Positions 51,321-63,522 of a stretch of DNA of 64,000 bases are shown in pieces; the stretch's first letter is position 1, and every line of letters starts with the position of its first letter. The stretch spans positions 83,531,972 to 83,595,971 of the forward strand of contig NC_069364.1 of assembly GCF_021730395.1 (NCBI RefSeq), in the 5' to 3' direction. A model generated the notes under the pieces. That model saw nothing but the letters and a program-made list of their open reading frames with translations. It ran no database searches and was not told where the DNA came from. Source of the stretch: Mercenaria mercenaria (taxonomy: Eukaryota). Made by a program: the position numbers and the translations under genes.

Positions 51321-51555
51321 GAGCCATGCCATGAGAAAACCAACATAGTGGGTATGCGACCAGCATGGATCCAGACCAGCCTGCGCATCCGCGCAGTCTG
51401 GTCAGGCTCCATGCTGTTCGCTTTTAAAGCCTATTGGAATTGGAAAAACTATTAGCGAACAGCATGGATCCTGACCAGACTGCGCGGATGCGCAGGCTGG
51501 TCTGGATCCATGCTGGTCGCATACCCACTATGTTGGTTTTCCCATGGCACGGCTC
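51321..51555. repeat. Near-perfect long inverted repeat (two ~101-bp arms, 33-bp spacer)
   Basis: GAGCCATGCCATGAGAAAACCAACATAGTGGGTATGCGACCAGCATGGATCCAGACCAGCCTGCGCATCCGCGCAGTCTGGTCAGGCTCCATGCTGTTCGC is the reverse complement of 51455-51555, with 3 mismatches. Confidence 0.75.
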
Positions 51556-52544
51556 AAATGTAATATTTCACTATTTACACTCTAGCACCTTCATTCCTGA
51601 ATGAATCATACCACATTTACATAGAATGAATATACTTGTAATGTCAGAGTACCACCAGTGTATTTAATAATTCTGGTTATGGAAAATACTAAAATGTTCA
51701 AACAGATATGGGAACCCACTCAGGCTTTCGCAAACCAAAGTGCACTGCGCAAACAATTTAAAGCCCAGTGTGGGCCCTATTAATTTAATTCAATGTTAGA
51801 TTGGGTAATATTTTTGGTTGTATTTTTATCAGACATACAGATTTAAAACTCATGAATAATAAAAAAAGTATTACCTCAGATAGTATTGATACATGTTGAC
51901 AGAAAAAAGAAGTTCAGATTGATATTTGGAAGTCGCAAAACACTTAATAAAAGCAAGATAGAAGTTATCCAATCTCCATTCTTTTTAATGTGCTTTCTTT
52001 ATTATAGCCTGTTAGAAATTTATAGTAATAGTTCATAGATATTATAAGGGTTACATATTTAAATAAATATTCTACAGAACTCGGTGAATGACTTGTCTTA
52101 GTACTTTTAGCTGTCGTAACAAATCAAAGAGCATAGCATTTTATGACAGTAAATCTCAAGGTGCTAGTCCAATGCTCTAACCACTGAGCTAAAGGTTCGA
52201 CTCCCTGATGCAGTTGTCAGAGATTGGCTTTAAACATACATGTTTACATCACTGATTCCCAGCTGTTCATGTAAGGTCAGGCAGAGTTCGTCTTGGATTT
52301 TAGGCCGAGTTGTATTTGTTTCTCATACATGTATATTTATAGTTTGGCATAATTTTGCTTTGTTACCAATAGTGTAAACCAATAGATGAGGTATATTATT
52401 ATTAACAGCCAATTTATAAGTGAGATATCTGTAAAGAAAATGATGAATGCTAATATTTCACAGTCGGGTTTTGTTTTTGATTTGAATGCCAACTGTTTGC
52501 TGTTTTAATTTGTTATGCTCCCTGGAGGGGAAGTATATAGTCGC

Positions 52545-54465
52545 CGCTTCGTCCATCCATTATCTGTCCGTCCTGCAATTCTTGTCAGGAGTATTTCTCA
52601 CCAACCACTGGTTGGAGTTTAGCCATACTTCATAGGATGGTTCATCATCAAGGGAGATATGCATTTTTAGCTCGACTATACGAAGTATAAGGAGAGCTAT
52701 CCTACTCGCCCCGGCGTCTACGTCGGCGTCGGCATCTTTCCGCGTCCCCACCTTGGTTAAAGTTTTGGTGCACTTTCTCTTTTTTCAACTTATCTCTGTA
52801 ATTACTTGATGGATTTGATTCAAACTTGAAATACTTATTCCTCATCATCATCCACATCATCTAAGCAATACTGTAGTACAATATTTCATGAATTATCCCC
52901 CCTTATCACATAGATTTTAAGGTTAAATTTTGATGCACTTTCACTCTATCTCTGTTATTACTGAATGGGTTTGATTCAAACTTAAAATAGTTGTTCAACA
53001 TCATCACCCACATCATATGACACAAGATGCATAACTTTGGCACAAGTTTTCATGAATTATTCCCCTTTTTACTTAGAATTTCAGGTTAAAGTTTTATGCA
53101 CTTTCACTCTATCTCTGTTATTACTGAATGGATCTGATTCAAACTTAAACAATTGTTCAACATCATTACCCATATCATATGACACAAGGTGCATAACTCT
53201 GGGACCAGTTTTTTCATGAATTATTTCCCCTTTTTTTAGAATTTTAGGTTAAAGTTTTGATGCACTTTCACTCTGTCTCTGTTATTACTGAATGGATTTG
53301 ATTCAAACTTAAAATAGTTGTTCAACATCATCACCCACACCATGACACAAGGTGCATAACTCTGGCACCAATATTTAATGAATTATGCCCCTTTTTGTTT
53401 AGGATATACTTATATAGTGTTTTGATACATTTTATCTTTACCTCTCTTATTACTTTAAGTTGACATTTTTGACATAGACTCAGGCTATTGTGCAATATCT
53501 TCATCCACAATTGGAGTCATTAAACACTCCAGTGACAGCTCTAGTTTCCCCAGATGTGCCCAGTTTCACTATCCAGCATCGAAATAGTTGAGCGCGCTGT
53601 CTCCTGTGACAGCTCTTGTTATTTTCATGTTCCGGTCGGATGATTTTTCACAAAGTTATTTCCCTTGATAATACTATAGTTCAATTTTTGTCCAGAATGC
53701 TTCTCAGCAACCACTGGTTGGAATTTAGCCATACCTCATAGGAAGGTCTATCATCAAGACAAGATGCGCATATTTTTTGTATTCGTATTCTGGTTGGATT
53801 ATTTTTCACAGACTTATTGCCCTTTGATTTTTCAACAACAATGCTATATTGTAGTTCAATTTTAGTATTTCTCAACAAAACTGGTTGGAATTTAGCAAAA
53901 CTTCGTAGAAAGCTTCACTATCCAGAGATGAGTATATTGTCTTAGCATTCTGGTCAGATGATTTTTCACCAAGTAATTGCCCTTTGATTATTCAACATTA
54001 GTATACTACAGTAGAGTACCTGTAGCAACCACTGGTTCGAATTTAGCCAAACGTCATAGGAAGCTTTACTATTAAGTGGATATGTGCATATTGATTTCGT
54101 GTTTCGGTCGAATTTATTGATTTATTGCCCTTTGATTATCAACAATAAGCAATACTGTAGTACAATTTTTTGTGCAGAGTACTCCTTGGCAACCACTTTA
54201 AGGAATTCATTATCATCGGGGAAGCTTAAATCACAAAAGGAGATGTGCATATCGTTTTTATGTTCAGGTCGGAAGATTTTTCACTGAGTTACTGCCCCTT
54301 TTAGTATTGAACATAGTTTACTGTAGTACAATTTCTTGTCCGGAGTATTCCCCAGCAATCACTGGCTGAAATTCCTTGAAACTTCATAGGAAAGTTCACT
54401 TCCAATAGGAGATGTGCACATTATCTTCGTGTTTGGTTGAGATGATTTTTACTGAGTTATTGCCT
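52545..54465. repeat. ~168-bp tandem satellite (about 6 monomers) interrupted by the element at 52669-53620
   Basis: The monomer ...CAACCACTGGTTGGAGTTTAGCCATACTTCATAGGA...GAGATATGCAT...TTTTTCAC... has 0.7 copy at 52545-52668 and about 5 copies at 53625-54465. Confidence 0.6.
52669..53620 (+). mobile_element. Helitron-like element (AGCTCGACTAT... 5' end, ...GACAGCTCTTGTT 3' end) with a ~170-bp x 4 internal array, inserted into a T-run of the 168-bp satellite
   Basis: The 5' end is AGCTCGACTATACGAAGTATAAGGAGAGCTATCCTACTCGCCCCGGCGTCTACGTCGGCGTCGG. The 3' end is TAGTTGAGCGCGCTGTCTCCTGTGACAGCTCTTGTT. The flanks GCATTTTT and ATTTTCATGTTCCGGTCGG rejoin as a normal satellite monomer. Confidence 0.5.
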
Positions 54466-54469
54466 TTTT

Positions 54470-56518
54470 AGCTCACCTGTCACATAGTGACAAGGTGAGC
54501 TTTTGTGATCACCCTTCGTCCGTCGTCAGTGCGTCCGTCCGTCAACAATTTCTTGTCTGCACGATAGTGGTTCCATTTATGATTTTATTTTAACCAAACT
54601 TGCACACAACTTGTATCACCATAAGATCTCGGTTCCTTTATTGAACTGGCCAGATCCCATTATGGGTTCCAGAGTTATGGCCCCTGAAAGGGCCAAAATT
54701 AGCTATTTTTGACCTTGTCTGCACAATAGCAGCTTTATTTATGATTAGATTTTTACCAAACTGGCACACAACTTGTATCACCACAAGATCTTGATTCCTT
54801 TTTTGAACTGGCCAGATTCCATTATGTGTTCCAGAGTTATGGCCCCTGAAAGGGCCAGAATTAGCTATTTTGACCTTGTCTGCACAATAGCAGCTTCATT
54901 TAGGATTTTATTTTAACCAAACTTGCACACAACTTGTATCACTATAAGATCTTGGTTCCTTTCTTGAACTGGCGAGATTCCATTATGGGTTCCAGAGTTA
55001 TGGCCCCTGAAAGGGCCAGAATTAGCTATTTTGACCTTTTCTGCAAAATAGCAGCTTCATTTATGGTTTGAATTTAATCAAACTTGTACAAAACTTGTGT
55101 CACCATAAGATCTTGATTCATTAGTTGAACCGGTTAGATCCCATAATGGGTTCCAGAGTTATGGCCCCTGAAAGGGCCAAAATTAGCTATTTTGACCTTG
55201 TCTGCACAATAGCAGCTTCATTTATGATTCGATTTTAACCAAACTTGCACACAACTTGTATCACCACAAGATCTTGGTTCCTTTCTTGAACTGGCCAGAT
55301 TCCTTCATGGGTTCCAGAGTTATGGCCCCTTAAAGGTCCAAAATTGGCTATTTTGGCTTTTGCTGCCATATAGAGACTTCATTTATCGTTTTATTTGATA
55401 CAAATTTCCAAAATAACTTCAACAACAATAATTCTTGGATTCCATGACAAATCAGATCTAAGCGTAGGTTCAGAGTTTTTTCATATTGGATTACCTCCCC
55501 TGATTGTAATCAAAATGGATTTATATCAGTAAGTACTTATAGGACTTACTTGAAATTTCATTATTGTCATTAGTTGGACTGAGCCAATCAGGGTAGATAA
55601 CTATGGACTGATTTTATGTCAAATTACCTCCCTTTATTAACCAGGTTTTCAACGAAAACCCGAGTTATTAGATTGGGATATGTCGTTGGTCGGGCAGGCG
55701 GGCGGCGGCGGCATCAAACTGGTGTTTCCGGTCAATAACTTTCGTTTCGGTAAAGGTATTTGAATAAAACTTGGTATGTATGTAGCTTATATCAAGACAA
55801 AGGCTGGGATTGATTTTGGGGTTTCTGGGGTCAAGGTCAAGGTCACTGTTACTTAAAATAGAAAAAGGGTTTCCGGTCAATAACTTAACTTAGGAATGAG
55901 CTATCATAATAAAACTTGGTGTATAGAAAACTTATATAAAGTTGTAGCTTGGGATTGATTTTGGGGTTTCTGGGATCAAGGTCAAGGTCATTGTTACTAA
56001 AAATAGGGTTAGGGTTGTGCTTTAAAGTGGTGCACTGTGATTCAGTATACTTTTTTATTCTTATGAAAAGTGTTGAAAACCTGGTTTCGTGGCATTGCCG
56101 TGTTTCTTGTTTCAAATTAAAACGGGTATATCTCCGTAACTAATGAAGATACTGATCTGAAATTTCATTTGTCAACAGATTTATTTGGCAGATCCTTCTT
56201 TTGTTCACTTACAATAATTTTTTTTTAATTACTTCCCTTTTATGTTACTATAAATAGCTTATTTTTAGTAACTTTTTTATTATTGGCCATAGGGAAAAAC
56301 CGAGACCACTTTTCTGTGGTACAACATGGATGGTACCTGCAATTTTTAGGTGTATTTTGATATATCCGTACCTTGTAAGAATTTATTTTTCTTTTTGGTT
56401 AAATTTCTTCCCTTTGTTGTTACTGTCCTTTGGACTTAGATATTTTTTCTGAGGACCTTCTTGTCCTCAAGTGCAATGATAACAGGTGAGCGATATAGGG
56501 CCATCATGGCCCTCTTGT
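54470..56518 (+). mobile_element. Helitron-like element, 162-bp satellite family, carrying a nested insertion
   Basis: The 5' end is AGCTCACCTGTCACATAGTGACAAGGTGAGCT. The 162-bp array runs 54560-55350. The 3' module is interrupted at 55639-56111. The 3' end is CAGGTGAGCGATATAGGGCCATCATGGCCCTCTTGT. Confidence 0.5.
55639..56111 (+). mobile_element. ~470-bp nested insertion within the 3' module of the previous element
   Basis: The intact module in other copies reads CCTCCCTTTATTTCAAATTAAAATGGG. Here the reading is CCTTTATT + AACCAGGTTTTCAACG...GTTGAAAACCTGGTTTCGTGGCATTGCCGTGTTTCTTGT + TTCAAATTAAAAC. The insert has a 14-bp inverted repeat (ACCAGGTTTTCAAC versus GTTGAAAACCTGGT), a 2 x ~150-bp internal direct repeat, and a CTTGT 3' end inserted at T^T. 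Confidence 0.4.
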
Positions 56519-56579
56519 AATTATTCAACATTAGTAAACTATAGCGCCATCAGTTGATTCCACTTTTGTTCTTTTAATA

Positions 56580-56790
56580 TGTAACTAGAGCTGCTTTTGA
56601 GAAAAGCACGTCTCCCACAACTGCCTAATCATCTGAATAGTAAAAAAAAGTATACTTCAGGAGTAAGTTTTGGTTCAGTAATTCAAAGGCCCACTCCCAC
56701 AACTGCCTAATCAGCTGAATAGTAAAAAAAAGTACACTTCAGGAGTAAGTTTTGGTTCAGTAATTCAAAGGCCCACTCGGTTCAGTAAGT
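56580..56790. repeat. Tandem duplication 2 x ~92 bp
   Basis: CTCCCACAACTGCCTAATCA(T/G)CTGAATAGTAAAAAAAAGTA(T/C)ACTTCAGGAGTAAGTTTTGGTTCAGTAATTCAAAGGCCCACTC occurs twice. Confidence 0.6.
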
Positions 56791-57563
56791 TTTGGTTTAG
56801 TGATTCAAAGAGGACTAGAGTTTAGTGAGTCTAGGTGGACTAGGATGAATGGTTCAGTAATTTTTGGTCAAGGGCCATAATTCCAAAGTGCCTGGGCCGA
56901 TTTGGCTAGTTATAGAACTTGGCCGAGGACTTATTGGCAAGCACATTTTGTTCAAGTTAAGTGAAGATTGGATGAGAAATGATTGACTTAAGAGTGCTGA
57001 CAAGATTTGTGACAGACAGACTGACAGACACAAAGCATCCATCGGTTTTACTGATATTTTCCTGTTTTATAAAGTTACATTTTGTACAGGTGACAACATT
57101 TTAAATAAACAAAAGGTAAATTCAGATGCCTTCTGCTTTATCCTAGCTGTTAATGAAAGGCATTCAGGTACACAACAGTTGCCATTAAACAGAAAATAAA
57201 TCTACCAAAACCCGCCATCACGTCTCAAGGCTTTGATTTTATGCCCCTACCATTAAAAATGGTGCACAGTGGGCATATAGTGTTGCCCCTGTCCTTGGAA
57301 TGTGTATGTTTGTCCGTGCGCAAAATTATGTCTGGTCCATAATTTTGTTGTTTTATTAGGTCAGACTTTAAAATAACTTGGCAAAAATTACCACCACAAC
57401 ATGACCATGTGTAGCATGCAAAATCCAGACCTCACATCTTAAAGGTCGAGGTCACACATTTAGGTCAAATATTTTTCATGTAATTCTGCTTGTCCAGTCT
57501 ATAACTTTTATAAGAAGTGAAGGATATTCAAGTATCTTGGCACAAAAATAAACCATAAATAGA

Positions 57564-58200
57564 ACAAGAGCTGTCAGTGGACAGCGCGCTCGACTATTCT
57601 CAGTGCTTGATAGTATAATATAAGCTATGAGTAAAACTATAACATTACAATAAGCATATTCTAAGTTGAAAAGGTGCCATAATTCAGTCAAAATGCTTGA
57701 TAGAGTTGTCTCCTCCTTTTTACAGACTGGGGTGGTGATGGTAAACAAGTATGCAAAATATCAAAGCAATATCTCAATGGACTAATATCGCAAACTTTAA
57801 CATTTATTCCAAGTCAAAAAGGGGCCATAACTCAGTCAAAATGCTTGATGGAGTTGCCTCCTCCTTTTTACAAACTGGGGTCGTGATGGTAAACAAGTAT
57901 GCAAAATATCAAAGCAATATCTCAATGGACTTTGAAAATATTTGGGGTGGTACGCAAACTTTAACATTTATTCTAAGTCGAAAAGGGGCCATAATTCAGT
58001 CAAAATGCTTGACAGAGTTGCCTCCTCCTTTTTACAGACTGGGGTCATGATGGTAAACAAGTATGCAAAGTATCAAAGCAATATCTCAGTGGACTGAAAA
58101 TATTTGGGGTGGTACGCAAACTTTAACATTTGTGTGATGCTCACGCCGGGGCGAGTAGGATAGCTCCCCTATTCTTCGAATAGTCGAGCTTAAAATGTGT
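57564..58200 (-). mobile_element. Minus-strand Helitron-like element (AGCTCGACTATTCGAA family) with a ~150-bp x 3 array, nested inside another repeat-bearing element (57235-58500)
   Basis: The reverse complement of 58140-58200 reads AGCTCGACTATTCGAAGAATAGGGGAGCTATCCTACTCGCCCCGGCGTGAGC. The reverse complement of 57564-57600 reads GTCGAGCGCGCTGTCCACTGACAGCTCTTGTT. The surrounding sequence starts with a TTATGCCCCTACC...GGGCATAT hairpin at 57235. The satellite unit GGTCAAGGTCAC...TTTTTCTTGTCCGGTCTATAA...TATTCAAATAACTTGGCA occurs on both sides of the insert. Confidence 0.4.
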
Positions 58201-60418
58201 TGCAGCAAGACTTGCATCCCTAGCTAAAAAGGTCAAGGTCACCCTTGCAGTCATTACTTCATTTTTCTTGTCCGGTCTATAAATTCAGTGTTTTTATATT
58301 TAAAGAACAGATAGATATTCAAATAACTTGGCATAAACTTCCATTATAAGAAGTGGTGTCAGATCTAATACTTAGACCCCTAGCTTAAAGGTCAAGATCT
58401 CGCTCAAGTCAAAGATGTTGCGTCATTTTTTTTGTTATCTAGCCTGCAACTATATAGTCATGGGATTATATTCAAATAACTTGATACAAACTTATAACAT
58501 CACAAGGGGATATAACATTTAATCACTCAACGGTGAAATGAATATTTATGTTAATTTTACTTTTTAAGTCCACAAGTTCAGTATACGTTTTCTACCGTGA
58601 AAATACCATTGCAGGACTTGAACTTCTGTGTCCTGTCATTTCATAGTTTGGGCATCCGTGTCCTATGGACACATTTCTAGGTTTCTTTATGTAAAAATAC
58701 AGTAGGAAAACATGAAAGGTGATTTGAAGAAGTCATAATAGCTAAAAGACTCTTTGATGAATTCAGTCATCGTTACAAGCCACAATATAATTTCTGGAGT
58801 TATGCTGAAAATACGATTCTATCATAATCTCCCTCTTTAAGGTTTGGACTGTTCTATATACTTTGATTTTTATGAAATACCAGAAAATAATGAAGAGTTC
58901 AAGTTGGTTGGATTAAGTCGAAATTCCAGTCCAACTTTACAACAATCAGTAAAAGCGGAACAGTCCATCTGAACAACACAGTCAAGCAATTTTCCTTTTC
59001 ATATACTTTTATTAACCAATTTGAAGGAAAATGAACAAAATATGCAGAAAAGAAACAGCACATTCGTGGAAAAACACAAAATACGAGTAATAACAAAAGC
59101 AACACAGAAAGTTGCAATTGCATATAAACATATAATTTACATAAACAGGCACAGAAAAAATAAATCTGAATAAATGCATTTCATTCCTGAACAATGACAG
59201 TGTTTTTTAACCAGATAATAAATTTATTAAGTATTCTACAACCTGACTGACTAACACTCGAGAAAATAATGAAACACTCATAACAACAAGCATTCACACA
59301 AGAAATAAACTATAAACTTTACACAAAAAGATATAAAACAAAATTAATTAAGTAATAAGGAGATTTAGATAAAGTGTATCAAAACACTAAATAAGTATAA
59401 TTCTAAGCAAAAAGGGGGCATAATTCATAAAATATTGGTGCAAGAGTTATGCACCTTGTGTCATATGATGTGGGTGATGATGTGGAAGAACTACTTCAAG
59501 TTTGAATCAAATCCATTTAGTAATAAGAGAGATAACTTTGAATGTTGATAAATATTCATGGAAAGTTTGATATAAAAAAAATGAAAAGATGAAAAAAAAA
59601 ATGTGTGTGTGGGGGTGGGGGTGGGGGGGGGGGGGGGAGTTGACACAACTTCACATCTTGATAATAAATGTTCATGGAAAATGAAAGAAGTTTCATGAAA
59701 TTCTACCAATTGGTTAGTTTATTATGTACAAATATGTGGACTCTTAAAAAATTGAAGGGCAATAACTCTGAAGTTTCTAAAGAGATCCTAACGAAATTTT
59801 GTGTGCACTACCACATTATGGTGACCTAAATTCAATTTAAGTTTCATAGTTCTAGGTCAAATATGTCACAAGTTATTAAGTAGACATTGCCATATTTATA
59901 GTACCCTATATTGTTACTAGAAACTACTAAGGGCCATAACTCTGGTGTTACTTGGGCAATCTGACTGAAACTTGACAGGCCCCATTTCCCTATAGTGGTG
60001 AACATGTATATGAAGTTTAATTAAAATATTACAAACCATTTCCTAGATATGACTCCAGATGGACAACGCCAAAACTATATCCCTCCGCCTTCGGCAGATT
60101 ATAATAAATAAGTTAACAGTACAATTATATATTTACACACATCAAGTATGAGGATCATAGATGAAAGCATTCTGAGGTTACTCAGCAAAACCTATGCCAA
60201 AATCATCACTTATGGTGATTAATACCCTCAGATGAAACTTTGATATAAAAATCTTTAATAAGAATATGAAGCAAGCATAAATTTAAGCTACCGGTATATT
60301 ATTTTTGACCTTAAGTTTGGACCTAATGACCTGGGATGAGCATTCAGCATGCCATCTGGATAAGGTTAACAGTTGATGCTAATTTTATGAAATTTATTCT
60401 ATTGATATGAAGACTTAA

Positions 60419-61559
60419 ACAAGAGGGTCATGATGACCCTGGATCGCTCACCCGAGTTATATGAGCTACATGTTTCAAATGTCAAACGGATGCTAAAATA
60501 TTAAGAAAGTAGGTCAGTAGGTCAAATTCATGGTCATTGAAAGTCTGTTTTAAGATCAGTATGCAAAACTGTACATGTCATCCAAATTTCAAGGCTCTAT
60601 CTTAAAAAAACAAGAAAGTAGGTCAAGGCCACAGTCAAGTGACTCCTTATCATTTTGGGTCATCAGGTAATTATCATTAAACAGTCTAGGAAATATGACC
60701 TGATAATTTTTTAAGTATTTTTTCCTATATAACTCATAAACAAGTGACCCCCAGAGTGGGGCCTCTTTTAACACAAAGGGCATAATTTGAACAATCTTGT
60801 TAGAGATCCACTAGGCAATGCTACATACCAAATATCAAAGGCCTAGGCTTTGAACTTTCAGACAAGAAGATTTTTAAAGTTTTTTCCTATACAAGTCTGT
60901 GTAAAACTTGGGACCCCTAGGGCAGGGCCTCTCTACCCCAGGGACATAATTTGAACTATTTTGGTAGAGGAACACAAGGCAATGCAACATACCAAATATC
61001 AAAAGCCTATGCCTTGCAGTTTCAGGCAAGAAGATTTTTTAAAAAAATTCATATATAAGTCTATGTAAGATTTGGGACCCCCTGGGTGGGGCGTCTTTTC
61101 CACTCAGGGGCACAATTTGAACAATCTTGGTAAAGGACCACAGGGCAATGCCACATACCAAATATCAAAGGCCTAGGTCTTGTGGTTTCAGACAAGAAAA
61201 GTTTAAAAAAATTTTCCTTTACAAGTCTATGTAAAACTTGGAACCCCCGGGACAGGGCCTCCTTTCACCCAAGGGGCACAATTTGAACAATCTTCATAGA
61301 GGACCATTAAATGATGTCACATGCCAAATATCAAGGCTCTATGCTTTGCAGTTTTGGCTATGGCAACCAGAGTTCTGCATGGATTTCAATTCTTTGGGCA
61401 ATTTTGAAAGGGGCCACCCAAGGATCATTCCTGTGAAATTTGGTGTAATTCTGCCCAGTGGTTTCAAGAAGATTTTTTTTAGAAATTGTTGACACACTAC
61501 GCACGACAGACATCAAGCAGTCACAAAAGCTCACCTTGAGCCTTTGGCTCAGGTGAGCT
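60419..61559 (-). mobile_element. Minus-strand Helitron-like element with a ~150-bp x 5 satellite
   Basis: The reverse complement of 61520-61559 reads AGCTCACCTGAGCCAAAGGCTCAAGGTGAGCTTTTGTGACTG. The reverse complement of 60419-60460 reads CTCGGGTGAGCGATCCAGGGTCATCATGACCCTCTTGT. The internal unit is GGGACCCC(C/T)AG(A/G)G(T/C)GGGGCCTC(T/C)TT...GGGCA(C/T)AATTTGAACAATCTTG...ATACCAAATATCAAAGGCCTAGGC. Confidence 0.5.
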
Positions 61560-62879
61560 AAAAACTACTTGATCTTTGACCTCTGTGCTATTAACTTTAG
61601 ACTTTATGAATTGGGTCATGTGCTTTGCATGCCATCTTGATGAGGTAAACAACTGACACTAGTTTTAGAAAAATATTTCAAGCAGTTTAGACAATAAGGA
61701 GCAGAAACCGTATCAGAAATGAACTTTGACATTGGAACTAGTGACCTGCGTTGAGTTCTCTACACACTGTCTCCATGTGGAATATAACTGATCCCAATTT
61801 TATGAAAATCTTTCCAGAAGTTTAGACAAAAAGGAGCAAAGTCAAAATTAAGTTTTTTGACCTCGGACCTAAAAATAAGATGTAGACCTTGGACCAAGTG
61901 ACTGGCATGTCTGCTATGCACGTCATCTTGATGAGGTTAATTATAAATGGTAAATATGGAGAAAACCTGATGGGCAGATAAACCAGTGGATGGAAGGACA
62001 TGCAGGACTCCAATAAAACCCCATATACTTCTACTTTTAGGCATAATAATAGTCATTAAAGTGTATGGACGTTCAGTTTTACTACCTAAGATATGAAATT
62101 TTGCTTTTAACATAATATTTGCAATCTTGTTGTAACAATAACATCTACTCATCTTTACAAATTACTGCTTCAAGTCTAACACCAACAAAATATTTACAAT
62201 CATTACATTTTTAATCTATCCTGGTTATTACATTATTTTTTTTTCAGCAAAATAATTTGAAATATTATAATTTCGAAATTACAATTTTAATTTCCCAAGG
62301 TCAGATTCCAATTTCTTACATGGCCTAGTCTTCCTTGGGGGATGGTAGGATTGTACTGCTGGTTTCCATAGTAACCATGTTGTTGTGGAAAATGACCAAA
62401 TTGCCGCTGGTTGCTTCTACTTCAAGACCTGTCAATGAGAACTTTATAAGACATGTTTTTATCGTACACAAAGTTAACTCTAACAAGGCATATATCCTAA
62501 ATTATAATGCAAGATGAGCATATCCACGGACGAAGTTGTAATACTGTCAGACTATTAAATCAGCGGTTGTGAGATTCTGTTCTCTTTTTCACAAAGTTTT
62601 AAGTTAACTTACCTTCTTATATTCCTTTATATATTATTATTATTACGACATCCATGAAAGTGTGAATACTTAAGAGTCAGCAAATAGAAGAACTCATGCA
62701 CGATCACAGTTTATACAAGAGCTTTGCAAAGCGGGGCAATATATGCCTGACCTACTAGATCAGAGGAGGAGGATGTTTTAAAAGAATTTTTTTCTTGGGT
62801 GTGCGTGTGTGGTATGGGAGGGGGATGTAATGTGGCAGCAGGTAGGGGAGATGGACCTTTGATATACAGACCACCTTTA

Positions 62880-63490
62880 TGCCAAGTTAATACCCTTAAT
62901 GGTTATCAAATGCTCTGCACAAAATATGATGAACATATTTGACCTTGCTGTGATCTTGACCTTGACCTACAAACCTGGTTCATGCACTCATATGCCAAGA
63001 TTGAAGTCATTACCTTGAATGGTTATCAAGTTATGCTCTGCACACAAAATATGACAGACAGATTTGACCGTGACCTTTGACCTGGTTCATGCACTCTGCA
63101 CATCGTCTCATTGCCACCTACCTATATGCCAAGATGCAAATACCTTGAATGGATACTGAGTTATGCTCTGGATATGAAATATGAAGGGCAAATTTGACTT
63201 TTGACCAACCAACCTGCTTCATGTGCTCTGCACTTCGTCTCATTGCAACCTACCTCTATGCCAAGTTTAAAGTAAATACCTCGAACCATTGTCAAGTTAT
63301 GCTCTGGACACGTAATATGAAGGGCAAATTTGACCTTTTGAGCTCATTTGTGGCTTTGACCTTGGACCTACCGACCTGCTTTATGTGCTCTGCACATCTT
63401 CTCATTGCCATCTACCAATTTGTCAAGTTTAGTCTATACCTTGAATGGTTATTGAGTTGTGCTCCGGACACAAATATGATGGACTGGCAG
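62880..63490. repeat. ~120-bp tandem satellite, about 5 copies
   Basis: The unit TGACCTTGACCT...CTGGTTCATGCACTCTGCACATCGTCTCATTGCCACCTACCTATATGCCAAG...ATACCTTGAATGGTTATCAAGTTATGCTCTG recurs. It is preceded at 62718 by ACAAGAGCTTTGC, a possible minus-strand 3' terminus. Confidence 0.55.
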
Positions 63491-63522
63491 ACGGACATAT
63501 GTGCCGTCACATGTCCATTTTT

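Noticed and set aside
52140-52215. tRNA-like sequence (reverse complement TAGCTCAGTGGTTAGAGCATTGGACT followed by plus-strand GGTTCGACTCC)
   Set aside because: The D-arm-like and T-arm-like parts are on opposite strands and no acceptor stem can be paired. It is probably a rearranged SINE or tRNA remnant.
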